The notes beneath the pieces were generated by a model, which was not told where the DNA came from, ran no database searches, and saw only the letters and a program-made list of their open reading frames with translations. From Candidatus Latescibacterota bacterium (GTDB lineage: Bacteria > Latescibacterota > UBA2968 > UBA8231), in the NCBI GenBank assembly GCA_965219385.1, contig CBDCNM010000002.1:2102936-2166935 (forward strand): DNA of 64,000 nt, written 5' to 3'. Of the stretch, positions 19,724-30,531 are shown piece after piece; the stretch's first letter is position 1, and each line of letters starts with the position of its first letter. Both the position numbers and the translations under genes were made by a program.

Positions 19724-19771
19724 AGCAGTGCGCCAGAAAACGGCTCCCGCAATCTCCCCAAAAAGAAACTT

Positions 19772-20869
19772 ATGCCAGCCAAAACTAAAGGCCCCATCAC
19801 AGTAGGTATCCTCGGACAGGGACGCAGCGGCCTGGACATCCACGCCCGCTGGTTTGCCCAGTCCTCCCGCAAGTACAAAATCGTGGCCGTGGCCGACCTC
19901 CTGGCGGACCGCCGCCAGCGCGCCCGCCGCGAACTGGCCTGCGACGCCTATGCCGACTACAAAAAACTCCTGGCGCGCGACGACATCGAACTGGTGGTCA
20001 ACGCCCTGCCCAGCCACCAGCACCCCGGCGTCACCATCCAGTCCCTCGAGGCCGACCACCACACCGTCTGCGAAAAACCCTTTGCCTGGAGCGTCGCCCA
20101 GGTCGACAAAATGATCCGCGCCGCCCACAGCGCCCGGCGCCTCCTGGCCCCCTTCCAGCAGTCGCGCTACGCCCCCCCCTTCCAGAAAATGCTGCAGGTC
20201 CTCGACTCGGGCGTACTCGGCCGCATCGTGCAGATCAAAATCTACCACCAGAACTTCGCCCGCCGCTGGGACTGGCAGACCCTGCAGGAATTCAGGGGCG
20301 GCAACCTGCTCAACACCGGACCCCACCCCCTGGACCAGGCCATGTGCCTGCTAGGCTTTAAAAAGCCGGATCAGGTCACCTGTGTGATGGATCGGGCCAA
20401 CACCTTCGGCGACGCCGAGGACCACGTAAAAGTGCTCCTGCGCAAAAAGGGCCAGCCCGCCATCGACCTGGAGATCTCCTCCTGCCACGCCTTTCCCGAC
20501 GACACCTTCAAGGTCTACGGCACCCGGGGCGGCCTGAGCGGCGGAGCCAGCGGCTTGTGCTGGCGCTACTTCGACCCGGTCAAAGCCCCGGCCCAGAAGC
20601 TGGAGCGCCGGCCTTTGCCCGGCCCCAGTTATTGCGGTGAGAAATTGCCGTGGATCGAAAAGTCCTGGAAGCCCACCGCCCAGCAGCAGGATAGTTTCAC
20701 CTTTATGTCGAAGGCTTATTACGACCACCTCTACAAGGTTCTGCGGCAGGGCGAAAAACTCTACATCACCCCGCAGCAGGTGCGCCCCCAGATCGCCGTG
20801 ATCCAGGAGTGCCACCGCCAGAACAGGCTGTCCAGAATGCCCCGCAAGGGCTGGCCGGCCGGGACCTGA
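19772..20869 (+). CDS. Gfo/Idh/MocA oxidoreductase
   Basis: GQGRSG, CEKP, GGNLLNTGPHPLD, DAEDH. Confidence 0.9.
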   Translation: MPAKTKGPITVGILGQGRSGLDIHARWFAQSSRKYKIVAVADLLADRRQRARRELACDAYADYKKLLARDDIELVVNALPSHQHPGVTIQSLEADHHTVCEKPFAWSVAQVDKMIRAAHSARRLLAPFQQSRYAPPFQKMLQVLDSGVLGRIVQIKIYHQNFARRWDWQTLQEFRGGNLLNTGPHPLDQAMCLLGFKKPDQVTCVMDRANTFGDAEDHVKVLLRKKGQPAIDLEISSCHAFPDDTFKVYGTRGGLSGGASGLCWRYFDPVKAPAQKLERRPLPGPSYCGEKLPWIEKSWKPTAQQQDSFTFMSKAYYDHLYKVLRQGEKLYITPQQVRPQIAVIQECHRQNRLSRMPRKGWPAGT

Positions 20870-20895
20870 GCGGCCAGGAAATAGAAAGGCCCCCC

Positions 20896-21708
20896 ATGCA
20901 CTTCACCCCCGAACAAATCGAATCTTACAAAACCAACGGCTACCTGCTCGGACCCAGAGTCCTGTCCGACCAGCAGATCGCCACCCTCAAACAACGCATC
21001 GACGACATCCTCGAAGAGCGGGTGGACTTTCCCGATCTCCTCAAGGGCGAAGCCTCCAAAAAAATCAAGGCCAAGCACCTGCCCTCGGTCAAGGTGGTCA
21101 ACCTCTTTCGCCACGACGAAGTCTTCGCCCGGGTCTGGGACAACCCGGCCATCGGCACCCTGGCTCACGATCTGATGGCCGGGTCGGTGCGGGTGTGGGA
21201 GGACCAGATGATCTACAAGCCCGCCTTCGATCACAAGGCCGTGCTCGGCTGGCACCAGGACTACACCTTCTGGAACCACGTGGCCCCGGCCGATCTGGGC
21301 ACCTGCTGGATCGCCCTGGACGAAGCCACCGTGGACAACGGCTGCATGTGCGTGATCCCCGGCAGCCACCAGTGGGAACTTTCCTACACCCGCGAGGACA
21401 TGGACACCACCGATCCCGAATGGTTGCTCAAACGCCCGGACATTCCCGCCGCTGCCGACCGCACCCCCGTACCCTGCCCGGTCCCGGCCGGCCACTGCCA
21501 CTTCCACCACTGCCGTCTCTTCCACGGCTCCTACGGCAACAAGACCGGCAATGTCCGGCGCACCTACATCCTGCACCTGATGCCGGGCCATATCCGCCGG
21601 GTGGGCAATGACTGGAACGACCGCATGGCCAGCGTCGAAGACGTGGAAATCGGCCAGATCGTCCAGGGCTCGAACTACCCCGAACTGTCCGTGCCGGTCC
21701 AGGCCTAG
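20896..21708 (+). CDS. PhyH-family Fe(II)/2OG dioxygenase
   Basis: WHQD, WIALD..TVDNG..IPGSH, FHGS. Confidence 0.92.
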   Translation: MHFTPEQIESYKTNGYLLGPRVLSDQQIATLKQRIDDILEERVDFPDLLKGEASKKIKAKHLPSVKVVNLFRHDEVFARVWDNPAIGTLAHDLMAGSVRVWEDQMIYKPAFDHKAVLGWHQDYTFWNHVAPADLGTCWIALDEATVDNGCMCVIPGSHQWELSYTREDMDTTDPEWLLKRPDIPAAADRTPVPCPVPAGHCHFHHCRLFHGSYGNKTGNVRRTYILHLMPGHIRRVGNDWNDRMASVEDVEIGQIVQGSNYPELSVPVQA

Positions 21709-21902
21709 GCGTTCTTTCTCTTTGACATGGTGGCGGACAGGTTCGGTCTGGACACCCTCTCTAGGTCATCGGTGCCACCAGTTGCTGGGCCTGCCCCTGG
21801 TGGCGTTCTCGAAAGACAATTAGATATAAAAGTTGTGCGGACAAGCCAAAATCCTCACTTTATAGGGCAATAATCTCTACCCGAAAAACACAATCTGGAG
21901 AA

Positions 21903-22934
21903 ATGCCCATGAAACCCTTCCTCGACTCCACCGACATCGCCGCCGACGGCCCCGAACTCGACCGCCGCATGCAACGCGATGGTTACCTGTTCATCCGCGG
22001 CCTCCTGCCCGCCGATCTGCTCGAAGATCTGCGCCTGCAACTCCTCGAACTGGCTGCCGCAGGCGGCTGGGTCAAGGCCGGCACCTCCCTCGAAAACGCC
22101 ATTGCCGACCTCGACGGCTTCTGCCTGGAACCCGAGCCCAAATACAACGAAGTCTACCACCGCATGTACAAACTGCCGGACTTCCACGCCATACAGCACC
22201 ACCCCCATCTGACCGGCCTGCTCGAGCGCATGGCGGGCGAGAGAATCATAGCCCACCCGCGCATCATCGGCCGCACCATCTTCCCGCAACGCGAAGCCTA
22301 CACCACCCCGCCGCACCAGGACTTCGTCCCCATCCAGGGCACGGCCGCCACCTACACCGCCTGGTTTCCGCTGAGCACCCTGACCCCGGAAATGGGCGGG
22401 TTGCAGATCGCGGCCGGTTCGCATTTGCACGGGGTCTACGATATCCGTCCCACCCTGGGAGCCGGCGGCATGGAGATCATCGATCCGATCACCGACACTT
22501 GGATGGGCAACCCCTTTGCCCAGGGCGACGTGCTGTTTTTCCACAGCATGGTAGTGCACCAGGGCGTCTCCAACACCGGCGAGCGCCTGCGCATGTCCAT
22601 GGACGGCCGCTACCAGAAGCTCAGTGACCCGATCAACTCGGACAGCCTCCTGCCCCACATCAAACCGGTCACCTGGGAGGAGATCTACGCCGACTGGCCC
22701 TCTGACCAGCTGCAGTACTACTGGAAGGAGTGGGAGATGGACCTGGAATTTAAAGAATACGATTTCAGCTACTTCGACAAGCGCGACCGGCTGGCCTTTG
22801 AGATGGCGGCCCGCGGCGATCTACAGGCCCGCTCCACCCTCCAGCGCATCACCGCCCGCGACAAAGACGCGGCCAAGCGCGAAAAGGCGGCAAAACTGCT
22901 CGCCGAGCTGGACGCGGCGGCCGAGACGGCCTGA
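21903..22934 (+). CDS. PhyH-family Fe(II)/2OG dioxygenase
   Basis: PHQD, GSH, GDVLFFH..VHQG..N, RMSMDGRYQ. Confidence 0.88.
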   Translation: MPMKPFLDSTDIAADGPELDRRMQRDGYLFIRGLLPADLLEDLRLQLLELAAAGGWVKAGTSLENAIADLDGFCLEPEPKYNEVYHRMYKLPDFHAIQHHPHLTGLLERMAGERIIAHPRIIGRTIFPQREAYTTPPHQDFVPIQGTAATYTAWFPLSTLTPEMGGLQIAAGSHLHGVYDIRPTLGAGGMEIIDPITDTWMGNPFAQGDVLFFHSMVVHQGVSNTGERLRMSMDGRYQKLSDPINSDSLLPHIKPVTWEEIYADWPSDQLQYYWKEWEMDLEFKEYDFSYFDKRDRLAFEMAARGDLQARSTLQRITARDKDAAKREKAAKLLAELDAAAETA

Positions 22935-22954
22935 GCCATCAGGAGCGGGGCAAA

Positions 22955-23755
22955 ATGGGCGAACGCTTAAAGGACAAGGTCGCCATCGTCACCGGGGCGG
23001 GTTCCTCGGGACCGGGATGGGGCAACGGCAAGGCCACCGCCGCGCTCTTCGCCCGCCAGGGCGCCAGGGTAGTGGCCGTGGACCTCAATCCGCAAGCGGT
23101 CGAGGAGACCCGGTCCATCATCGCCGCTGAGGGCGGCGAGTGCACCGCCTTCGAGGCCGACGCGACCCGCGCCGACCAGGTCGAGGCTATGGTCCGGCAT
23201 GCCCTCGACACCTACGGCCGCATCGACATCCTGCACAACAACGTCGGCATCGTCGAAGTGGGCGGTCCGGTAGAGGCCAGCGAGGAAAGCTGGGACCGAG
23301 TCATGGACACCAACCTCAAGAGCATGTTCCTCACCTGCAAGTACACCCTGCCGCACATGGAGCGACAGGGCGGCGGCGCCATCGTCAACATCTCCTCCGT
23401 AGTCGGCATCCGCTACCTCGGGGTGCCCTACATCTCCTACAGCGCCTCCAAGGCCGGCATATTGCAATTCACCCAGAGCATCGCCGTGGAGTACGCCGAA
23501 AAAAACATCCGCGTCAACGCCATCCTGCCCGGCCTGATGAACACCCCCATGATCGTGGAGCCGCTCAAAGATGTCTATGGGGACGGGGATGTGGAAAAGA
23601 TGATCCAGATCCGCGACCAGCAGTGTCCCATGAAAAAGATGGGCGATGCCTGGGACGTGGCCTACGCCGCCTTGTTCCTGGCCTCGGACGAGGCCAAGTA
23701 CATCACCGGCTCCCAGCTGGTGGTGGACGGGGGGCTGACCTGCAAGGTGGTGTAG
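22955..23755 (+). CDS. SDR oxidoreductase
   Basis: TGAGS..GNG, NNVG, YSASK, VDGG. Confidence 0.93.
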   Translation: MGERLKDKVAIVTGAGSSGPGWGNGKATAALFARQGARVVAVDLNPQAVEETRSIIAAEGGECTAFEADATRADQVEAMVRHALDTYGRIDILHNNVGIVEVGGPVEASEESWDRVMDTNLKSMFLTCKYTLPHMERQGGGAIVNISSVVGIRYLGVPYISYSASKAGILQFTQSIAVEYAEKNIRVNAILPGLMNTPMIVEPLKDVYGDGDVEKMIQIRDQQCPMKKMGDAWDVAYAALFLASDEAKYITGSQLVVDGGLTCKVV

Positions 23756-23894
23756 CTGGTTCTGGTTCCATACCATTTCGGGTTCTACAACGTGCCGGCC
23801 GGACCTGGCAACACGGTGTCCGCGGGGCCTTACACAAAGGTAGCGCGCCGACCCCTGGAGCAGCCGCTGGAACAGGAAGCGGCTTTTTAGAAGC

Positions 23895-24231
23895 TCAGAG
23901 TTTGACCACGGCCACAATGACCCCAGCCAGGGCCACCATAGTGGTCATCATCAGGGCAAAGCGGGTATCGAGGCGTTTGGCCAGGAGTTCGTATTTTTCG
24001 TTCGATGCGCCCGCTCAAAGAACGATTGGTCTCGTCAATGCGCCCGCTCAAAGAACGATTGGTCTCGTCAATGCGCCCGCTCAAAGAACGATTGGTCTCG
24101 TCAATGCGCCCGTGCACCCCGCGGATCTCGTTGCGTATATCCTGGATATCCTCGCGCAGGTAGGTAACGGCCCAGTGAAACTCTTCGGGAGGCTGTGAAT
24201 AGGGGGGGCGTGTTTCGGATGTTTCGGACAT
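23895..24231 (-). pseudogene. Small coiled-coil protein with C-terminal TM anchor (CCDC90/DUF1640-like), frameshifted
   Basis: RIDETNRSLSG x3; removing one base near 24001 gives IDEKYELLAKRLDTRFALMMTTMVALAGVIVAVVKL*. Confidence 0.7.
24005..24112. repeat. 33-bp perfect tandem repeat x3.3
   Basis: ATGCGCCCGCTCAAAGAACGATTGGTCTCGTCA at 24005, 24038 and 24071, plus a partial copy. Confidence 0.97.
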
Positions 24232-24468
24232 GATGGGTTTCCTCGTAGGACGAAACGCGCTGAAGAAAATAGAAAATATAAGCGAGAATGGCATCTGCTC
24301 CAAATATAGCAAGCTCTGTGCCACGCAGGCACAGTCTGGGAAGAGCGTTGGTAGGGGGGCAGGTGTATCGAAACGGAGACAGAAGTGTGTACTTCCCGAT
24401 TTTCCGCTGCTTCTATTGAAGCGTCGGTGCGCTCCAGGTTGGCAGCGCTTTCCTTAATTTTTCAATAA

Positions 24469-25776
<1,308 letters not shown>

Positions 25777-25793
25777 AACCAATAAGCCTGCTG

Positions 25794-26633
25794 TTAGCCG
25801 GCCAGGGAGCGGAAGAAGTCGCGGAAGAGGATGGTCTCGGAGACATTGTCGACCTCGTTGCAGCGCTCCCAATCAATCCACACATACTCGATCCCGATCC
25901 AACCCTGGTACCCGGTTTCCCGCATGACTTCGAATACCCGCTTGTAATCCACCGCATTGCGGCCGAAGCTCTCCTGCAGCCGCCCCTGCCGGCCCCCCCG
26001 TGCGTGAAAATGACTGGCGTACTGCACCAGGGGCTCGACCTTTTCGTCGGCTATCCCTATCCGCGTGAAGTGGGTATAGTCCAGGGTCAGGGTTAGACCG
26101 GGCACGCGCTGCAGAAGCTTTTCGGCCGCCCTGGGGCGGGGCACAAGCGATCCTATGTGGGCCTCGACCCCAAAAACGATACCACAGGATTGGGCCTGCT
26201 CCACCTGCCAGCTCAATTCGTCCACGGCGCGGGCAAAGGAATCCCCGTAGGATTCCTCCTCGAAGTGGGCTCCAGGCAAGCTGGTGATGTGTTTGCCGCC
26301 GCACTCGGCGGTATACTCCAGGGTCTTGAGGAACCAGTCGCGCGTCTTGCGCCGCCGCCGGGCCTGAGGATGGTTGGGCGCATAGGGTCTGAAGTCCAGG
26401 TCTATCTGCAAAAACACATCCGCGGCCTTGAGTCCCACGTTGTCCAGCTTCCTTTTCAAGGCGCGGGCCGAGCGCCGCAGATTTTTAAACTCGCGGGACG
26501 GCCACAAGTGGGAGCGGTTCTCGAACAGGCCGATGTCCACTCCCTTGAATCCCAGCATGGAAATGAGTTGCAAAGACTGCTCGTGTTTGAGCAGCGGAAA
26601 GGTAAAGTCGGCACAGGCGAGCTTGGATTTCAT
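25794..26633 (-). CDS. Sugar phosphate isomerase/epimerase (xylose isomerase-like TIM barrel)
   Basis: VEAH, LDYTH, HFHAR, GIEY metal ligands. Confidence 0.85.
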   Translation of the reverse strand: MKSKLACADFTFPLLKHEQSLQLISMLGFKGVDIGLFENRSHLWPSREFKNLRRSARALKRKLDNVGLKAADVFLQIDLDFRPYAPNHPQARRRRKTRDWFLKTLEYTAECGGKHITSLPGAHFEEESYGDSFARAVDELSWQVEQAQSCGIVFGVEAHIGSLVPRPRAAEKLLQRVPGLTLTLDYTHFTRIGIADEKVEPLVQYASHFHARGGRQGRLQESFGRNAVDYKRVFEVMRETGYQGWIGIEYVWIDWERCNEVDNVSETILFRDFFRSLAG

Positions 26634-26667
26634 GATATTTCCTTGGATAAAGTGTCGTTTCCGGTCT

Positions 26668-27720
26668 TCAGTCTCCCACCCGCAGGCGCTGCCACTTCTG
26701 CTGAAACCCGGCGCGCTCGAACACCTCGGGATTGACCGCACCCCTTTCGGGTCTGCGGCCCAGCGATAAATCCACCAGAGCCTGGCAGGCCGCGCTCCCA
26801 ATATCGCGCATCAACTCGTCGGTAACCCCGATGGCGTGCGGCGCCAGCAGCACATTGTCCAGCTCGGCGAACCGGGGCGGTTCGGTCAGGGGCTCCCCGA
26901 CAAAGACATCGATCCCGGCGCCGGCGATCCGCCCGTTCTTCAAGGCCTCGTAGAGCGCCTCTTCGTCGACAATCCCGCCCCGCGCGGTGTGGATCAAATA
27001 CGCATCGGGCTTCATCAGGTCCAGCTCCCCACGGCCGATCAGGCCCCGGGTCTGGTCGTTGAGGGGACAGTGGATGGAGACGAAGTCCGCCCGCTTCATC
27101 AACTCGTCCAGCTCCACCAGCTCCACCCCCAACCCTTGAGCCCGGTCCGGATCCGCGTACGGATCGAAGGCCAGCGGCGGGTTCATGCCGAAGATGCTGA
27201 GGAGACGCACCACTTCGCTGCCGATCCCGCCCAGGCCCACAGCACCGAAGGTGCGGTCCCGCAACTCCTTCCCCCGCCACTTGAACTGGTCGAAGGCCTC
27301 GCCGCTGCGCAGCAGCCGGTCCTTGACCAGAACCTGGTGGGTCAGACCCAGCATCCAAGTGACGGTGGCTTCGGCCAGGGAGCGGTCCACCGCGCCTTGG
27401 GTGATGAATACCGCCACATCCGCTTCGGTGCAGGCCGGCACATCCACCTTGTCGAAGCCCACGCCTAGGCGGCTGATGGCCAGCAGTTCGTCCGTCTGCG
27501 AGACGGTCTCGGCCGTCACTGCCGGGGCCCACACCAGGGCCCCCTGGACCCCGTGCAGCTGGTCGGCGCCGATATGCGGCCGGTGCTCTGCAAAGCGGGT
27601 GTGCTCGATATGCGGGTGGTCGTCGAACACCCCGAGTCCCATGTTCTCGCACTTGAGCCTGCCCTCGTCGTCGAAGAGGTCGGCGGTCAGAGCCACGCGG
27701 AATTTCTTTTCTTCGGTCAT
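26668..27720 (-). CDS. D-isomer-specific 2-hydroxyacid dehydrogenase
   Basis: GVGFD, GLGGIG, HCPLN, TARG, DVF..EP, APHA. Confidence 0.9.
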   Translation of the reverse strand: MTEEKKFRVALTADLFDDEGRLKCENMGLGVFDDHPHIEHTRFAEHRPHIGADQLHGVQGALVWAPAVTAETVSQTDELLAISRLGVGFDKVDVPACTEADVAVFITQGAVDRSLAEATVTWMLGLTHQVLVKDRLLRSGEAFDQFKWRGKELRDRTFGAVGLGGIGSEVVRLLSIFGMNPPLAFDPYADPDRAQGLGVELVELDELMKRADFVSIHCPLNDQTRGLIGRGELDLMKPDAYLIHTARGGIVDEEALYEALKNGRIAGAGIDVFVGEPLTEPPRFAELDNVLLAPHAIGVTDELMRDIGSAACQALVDLSLGRRPERGAVNPEVFERAGFQQKWQRLRVGD

Positions 27721-27743
27721 GTTACCAATCTCCGGATCACTTA

Positions 27744-27840
27744 GAGCCCATACGAAAATTCGCTCTGCGGCCCGAGCGCGAGCGAGCAAGGCGCGAGGGA
27801 GAGCGATCACCGGCGCTCCCTCACCAGGCATACTTTGTGG
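27744..27840 (+). repeat. MITE-like left arm
   Basis: TTA-GAGCCCATACGAAAATTC...GCAAGGCGCGAG; the same terminus recurs at 27943. Confidence 0.6.
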
Positions 27841-27942
27841 TCTGATTGAAGCAGTCGATGAAATCAAGGATCCGTTGTTTCAATGGAAATCAGCCGTCAC
27901 GATCCTCGTTCTTGATGATATCGACCGGATAAAGTAATATAA

Positions 27943-28028
27943 GAGTCCATACGAAAATTCCCATCTGGGACTCATAAAACGCCAGAGGCGACCTCTCCTT
28001 GCGGCCGTCCGCCGATTTCGTCAAGTAC
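27943..28028 (+). repeat. Dispersed repeat copy with MITE-like terminus
   Basis: TAA-GAGTCCATACGAAAATT-CCCATCTGGGACTCATAAAACGCCAGAGGC...CCGCCGATTTCGTCAAGTAC. Confidence 0.85.
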
Positions 28029-28058
28029 CGATAATCCACAACTACGAAGGAAAACATC

Positions 28059-29075
28059 ATGCCCCAGAAAACCTTCAAAGCAATGGTCGTACGACAAACA
28101 GAAACCGGCGAATTCACCCACCAGATCGAAGACAAACCCCTCGACCAACTCCCCGAAGGCGAAGTCCTGATCCGGGTCCGCTACTCCTCTCTCAACTACA
28201 AAGACGCCCTCTCGGCCACCGGCCACCCCGGCGTCACCCGCACCTTCCCCCACACCCCCGGCATCGACGCGGCCGGTACGGTGGAGGAAAGCAGCAGCAA
28301 AGATTTTGCCTCCGGCGATCCGGTCCTGGTCACCGGTTACGACCTGGGCATGAACACCCCCGGCGGCTACGGCCAGTACATTCGCGTGCCGGCCGCCTGG
28401 GTACTGTCCTTGCCGGAGGGCCTCTCCCTGCGGGAAAGCATGATCTACGGCACCGCCGGTTTTACCGCGGCCTTGTCTATTGGCGAGCTGGAAGAGGGCG
28501 GCGCCATCCCGGAGCGAGGCGAGGTGCTGGTCACCGGCGCCACCGGCGGCGTCGGCAGCCTGGCCGTGGGCCTGCTCGCCCGCGCCGGCTACCAGGTTGT
28601 GGCCGCAACCGGAAAAATGGAGGAAAAGCCATACCTCCTCGACCTGGGGGCCGGCGAGGTTTTGCCCCGCGACGAAGTCGATGACGCCAGCAACAAACCG
28701 CTTTTGAGCGGGCGCTGGGCCGGGGTCGTCGACACCGTGGGCGGCACCATCCTGGCCACGGCCATCAAGTCAGCCAAGGACCGGGCCGTGGTCACCTGTT
28801 GCGGGCTGGTGGCCGCAGCCGAACTGTCCACTACGGTCTACCCTTTCATCCTGCGCGGCATCCGTCTGGTGGGCATCAATTCGGTAGACCCGCCCAGTTC
28901 GCTCCGCCGGTACTTGTGGCACAGGCTGGCCACTGAGTGGAAGCTAAAAAACCTCGAACGCCTGAGCCGCACCTGCGCCCTTGACGACCTGTCCGGCGAG
29001 ATCGAATGCATTCTGCAGGGCCAGCAAAAAGGCCGCGTGGTCGTGGATCTGGCTAGTGCTGGAAGGCGCCCTTGA
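28059..29075 (+). CDS. YhdH/AcuI-family MDR oxidoreductase (acryloyl-CoA reductase-like)
   Basis: YSSLNYKDAL, PGIDAAG, GTAGFTA, TGATGGVGS, VYPFILRG. Confidence 0.9.
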   Translation: MPQKTFKAMVVRQTETGEFTHQIEDKPLDQLPEGEVLIRVRYSSLNYKDALSATGHPGVTRTFPHTPGIDAAGTVEESSSKDFASGDPVLVTGYDLGMNTPGGYGQYIRVPAAWVLSLPEGLSLRESMIYGTAGFTAALSIGELEEGGAIPERGEVLVTGATGGVGSLAVGLLARAGYQVVAATGKMEEKPYLLDLGAGEVLPRDEVDDASNKPLLSGRWAGVVDTVGGTILATAIKSAKDRAVVTCCGLVAAAELSTTVYPFILRGIRLVGINSVDPPSSLRRYLWHRLATEWKLKNLERLSRTCALDDLSGEIECILQGQQKGRVVVDLASAGRRP

Positions 29076-29188
29076 CAGTGTGCCCGCAGGCTACGTGGTC
29101 CCCGAGACCAAGAACGGTCTTCACCGACTCAAACGCGCGTGAGTCGGACAACCGGCGTCTCCTCAAGCTATACTCAGCACCGCAACAA

Positions 29189-30223
29189 ATGAGCCGGTCG
29201 CAGTCGCCAGGGTGCAGGATTCGTGCGAGCTGTCTCAGCAGCAAAAAAATAGAAGCCATCGGCAGGTTCGCCGACCTGAACGTGATGGTCCTCGGGGACG
29301 TCATGATCGATATTTACGACTTCTGTGACTCGACAACCAGCAGACCATCGCCTGAAAAACCTGGGAAAAAGGTCTACAAAGCCCAGCAATCCATCAAAAC
29401 CCTCGGGGGCGCGGGGAACGTTGCGGCCAATCTGGCAGCCCTGGGTGTTTCGACCTCCCTCATCGGCATTTCAGGCCAGGACGGCCACCACTTCACCCTC
29501 TGCGAACTGGCCGGCCGGCACGGCATTGATCACATCCTGATCAAAGACCCGTCGAGACCCACCACGGCAAAAACCAGGTTGTACATCGACGGCGAGTACT
29601 TCCTGCGCCGGGACGACGAGAAAGCGCAGAAGGTGAGCCCTGCAACCACCGCGGCCATCATCGCGGAATTCTGCAAACGGCTCGAGGCGATGGACGCGGT
29701 CATCCTGAGCGATTACGGCAAGGGGTTCTTCACCGCCGCCGGCACCCGGGAAATCATTGCTGCGTGCACCCTCCGGAAGATTCCGGTTATCGTCGATTTC
29801 AAACCACCCAACAGGACCTACTTCAAAGGCGCCGATATCATTGCCCCCAACCACCTCGAGGCGCAGGCCATGCAGCTTGATTTCGACCCGGACGGCGACC
29901 TTGAGCGCGCCATGGCCGTCCTCTACGATCTGCTCGAATGCCGCAACCTGGTGGTTACGCTGGGAGCGCGGGGGCTGTGCGGTTTTAACGGCACCTCCTT
30001 CTTCCAGCTGCCGGCCAATCAGGTCGAAGTGGTCGATGCCGTGGGGGGCGGCGATACCGTGCGGGTGGGCCTGGCCCTTGGCTACGCCCTGGGACTGAGC
30101 CTCGAAGAGACCCTGGACCTGGCCAACGACGCCGCGGCCGTGGTCATCCAGAAAATCGGCACCGCCACCCTCACGCGCGAAGAGTTGATCGACTTTGTCG
30201 AAAGTAAAGTTTCACCGCCCTGA
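29189..30223 (+). CDS. PfkB-family kinase, RfaE/HldE domain I-like (start uncertain)
   Basis: GDVMID, GGAGNVAANL, LSDYGKG, DAVGGGDT. Confidence 0.82.
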   Translation: MSRSQSPGCRIRASCLSSKKIEAIGRFADLNVMVLGDVMIDIYDFCDSTTSRPSPEKPGKKVYKAQQSIKTLGGAGNVAANLAALGVSTSLIGISGQDGHHFTLCELAGRHGIDHILIKDPSRPTTAKTRLYIDGEYFLRRDDEKAQKVSPATTAAIIAEFCKRLEAMDAVILSDYGKGFFTAAGTREIIAACTLRKIPVIVDFKPPNRTYFKGADIIAPNHLEAQAMQLDFDPDGDLERAMAVLYDLLECRNLVVTLGARGLCGFNGTSFFQLPANQVEVVDAVGGGDTVRVGLALGYALGLSLEETLDLANDAAAVVIQKIGTATLTREELIDFVESKVSPP

Positions 30224-30462
30224 ACACCTCCCTTTTCAACGGCGGTGCACCAACTCCACCCGGTGATTCTGCCGGCGCAACGAGCAGGACCGCAAGCACC
30301 AGGACACCATTGGTCCATTTTTTATCAGGCACCACCATCGATCTCCATTTCCAGGATACCTCCCCTTGCGCAAGAACCTGATATTCCCCAATGTATAACC
30401 AAACGGTGTCTGCGTCGAGCACTACTGAAAACACCGCGGACGACAACCTGGAGCAAAAAGCA

Positions 30463-30531
30463 ATGAACACCTGGAAAAAAAAAGGACTCGCCTGGGGCTT
30501 GCTGGTCCTGCGGGTACTGGCAGGAGCATGA
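30463..30531 (+). CDS. 22-aa signal-peptide-like mini ORF MNTWKKKGLAWGLLVLRVLAGA
   Basis: GGAG upstream; ATGA overlap with the C39 gene. Confidence 0.35.
   Translation: MNTWKKKGLAWGLLVLRVLAGA

Noticed and set aside
24005..24112. 33-bp repeats as a CRISPR array
   Set aside because: Units are directly adjacent with no spacers, are in-frame coding, and there are no cas genes.
29124..29147. Hairpin CCGACTCA/TGAGTCGG as a terminator or riboswitch
   Set aside because: No U-tract and no recognisable aptamer; single occurrence.
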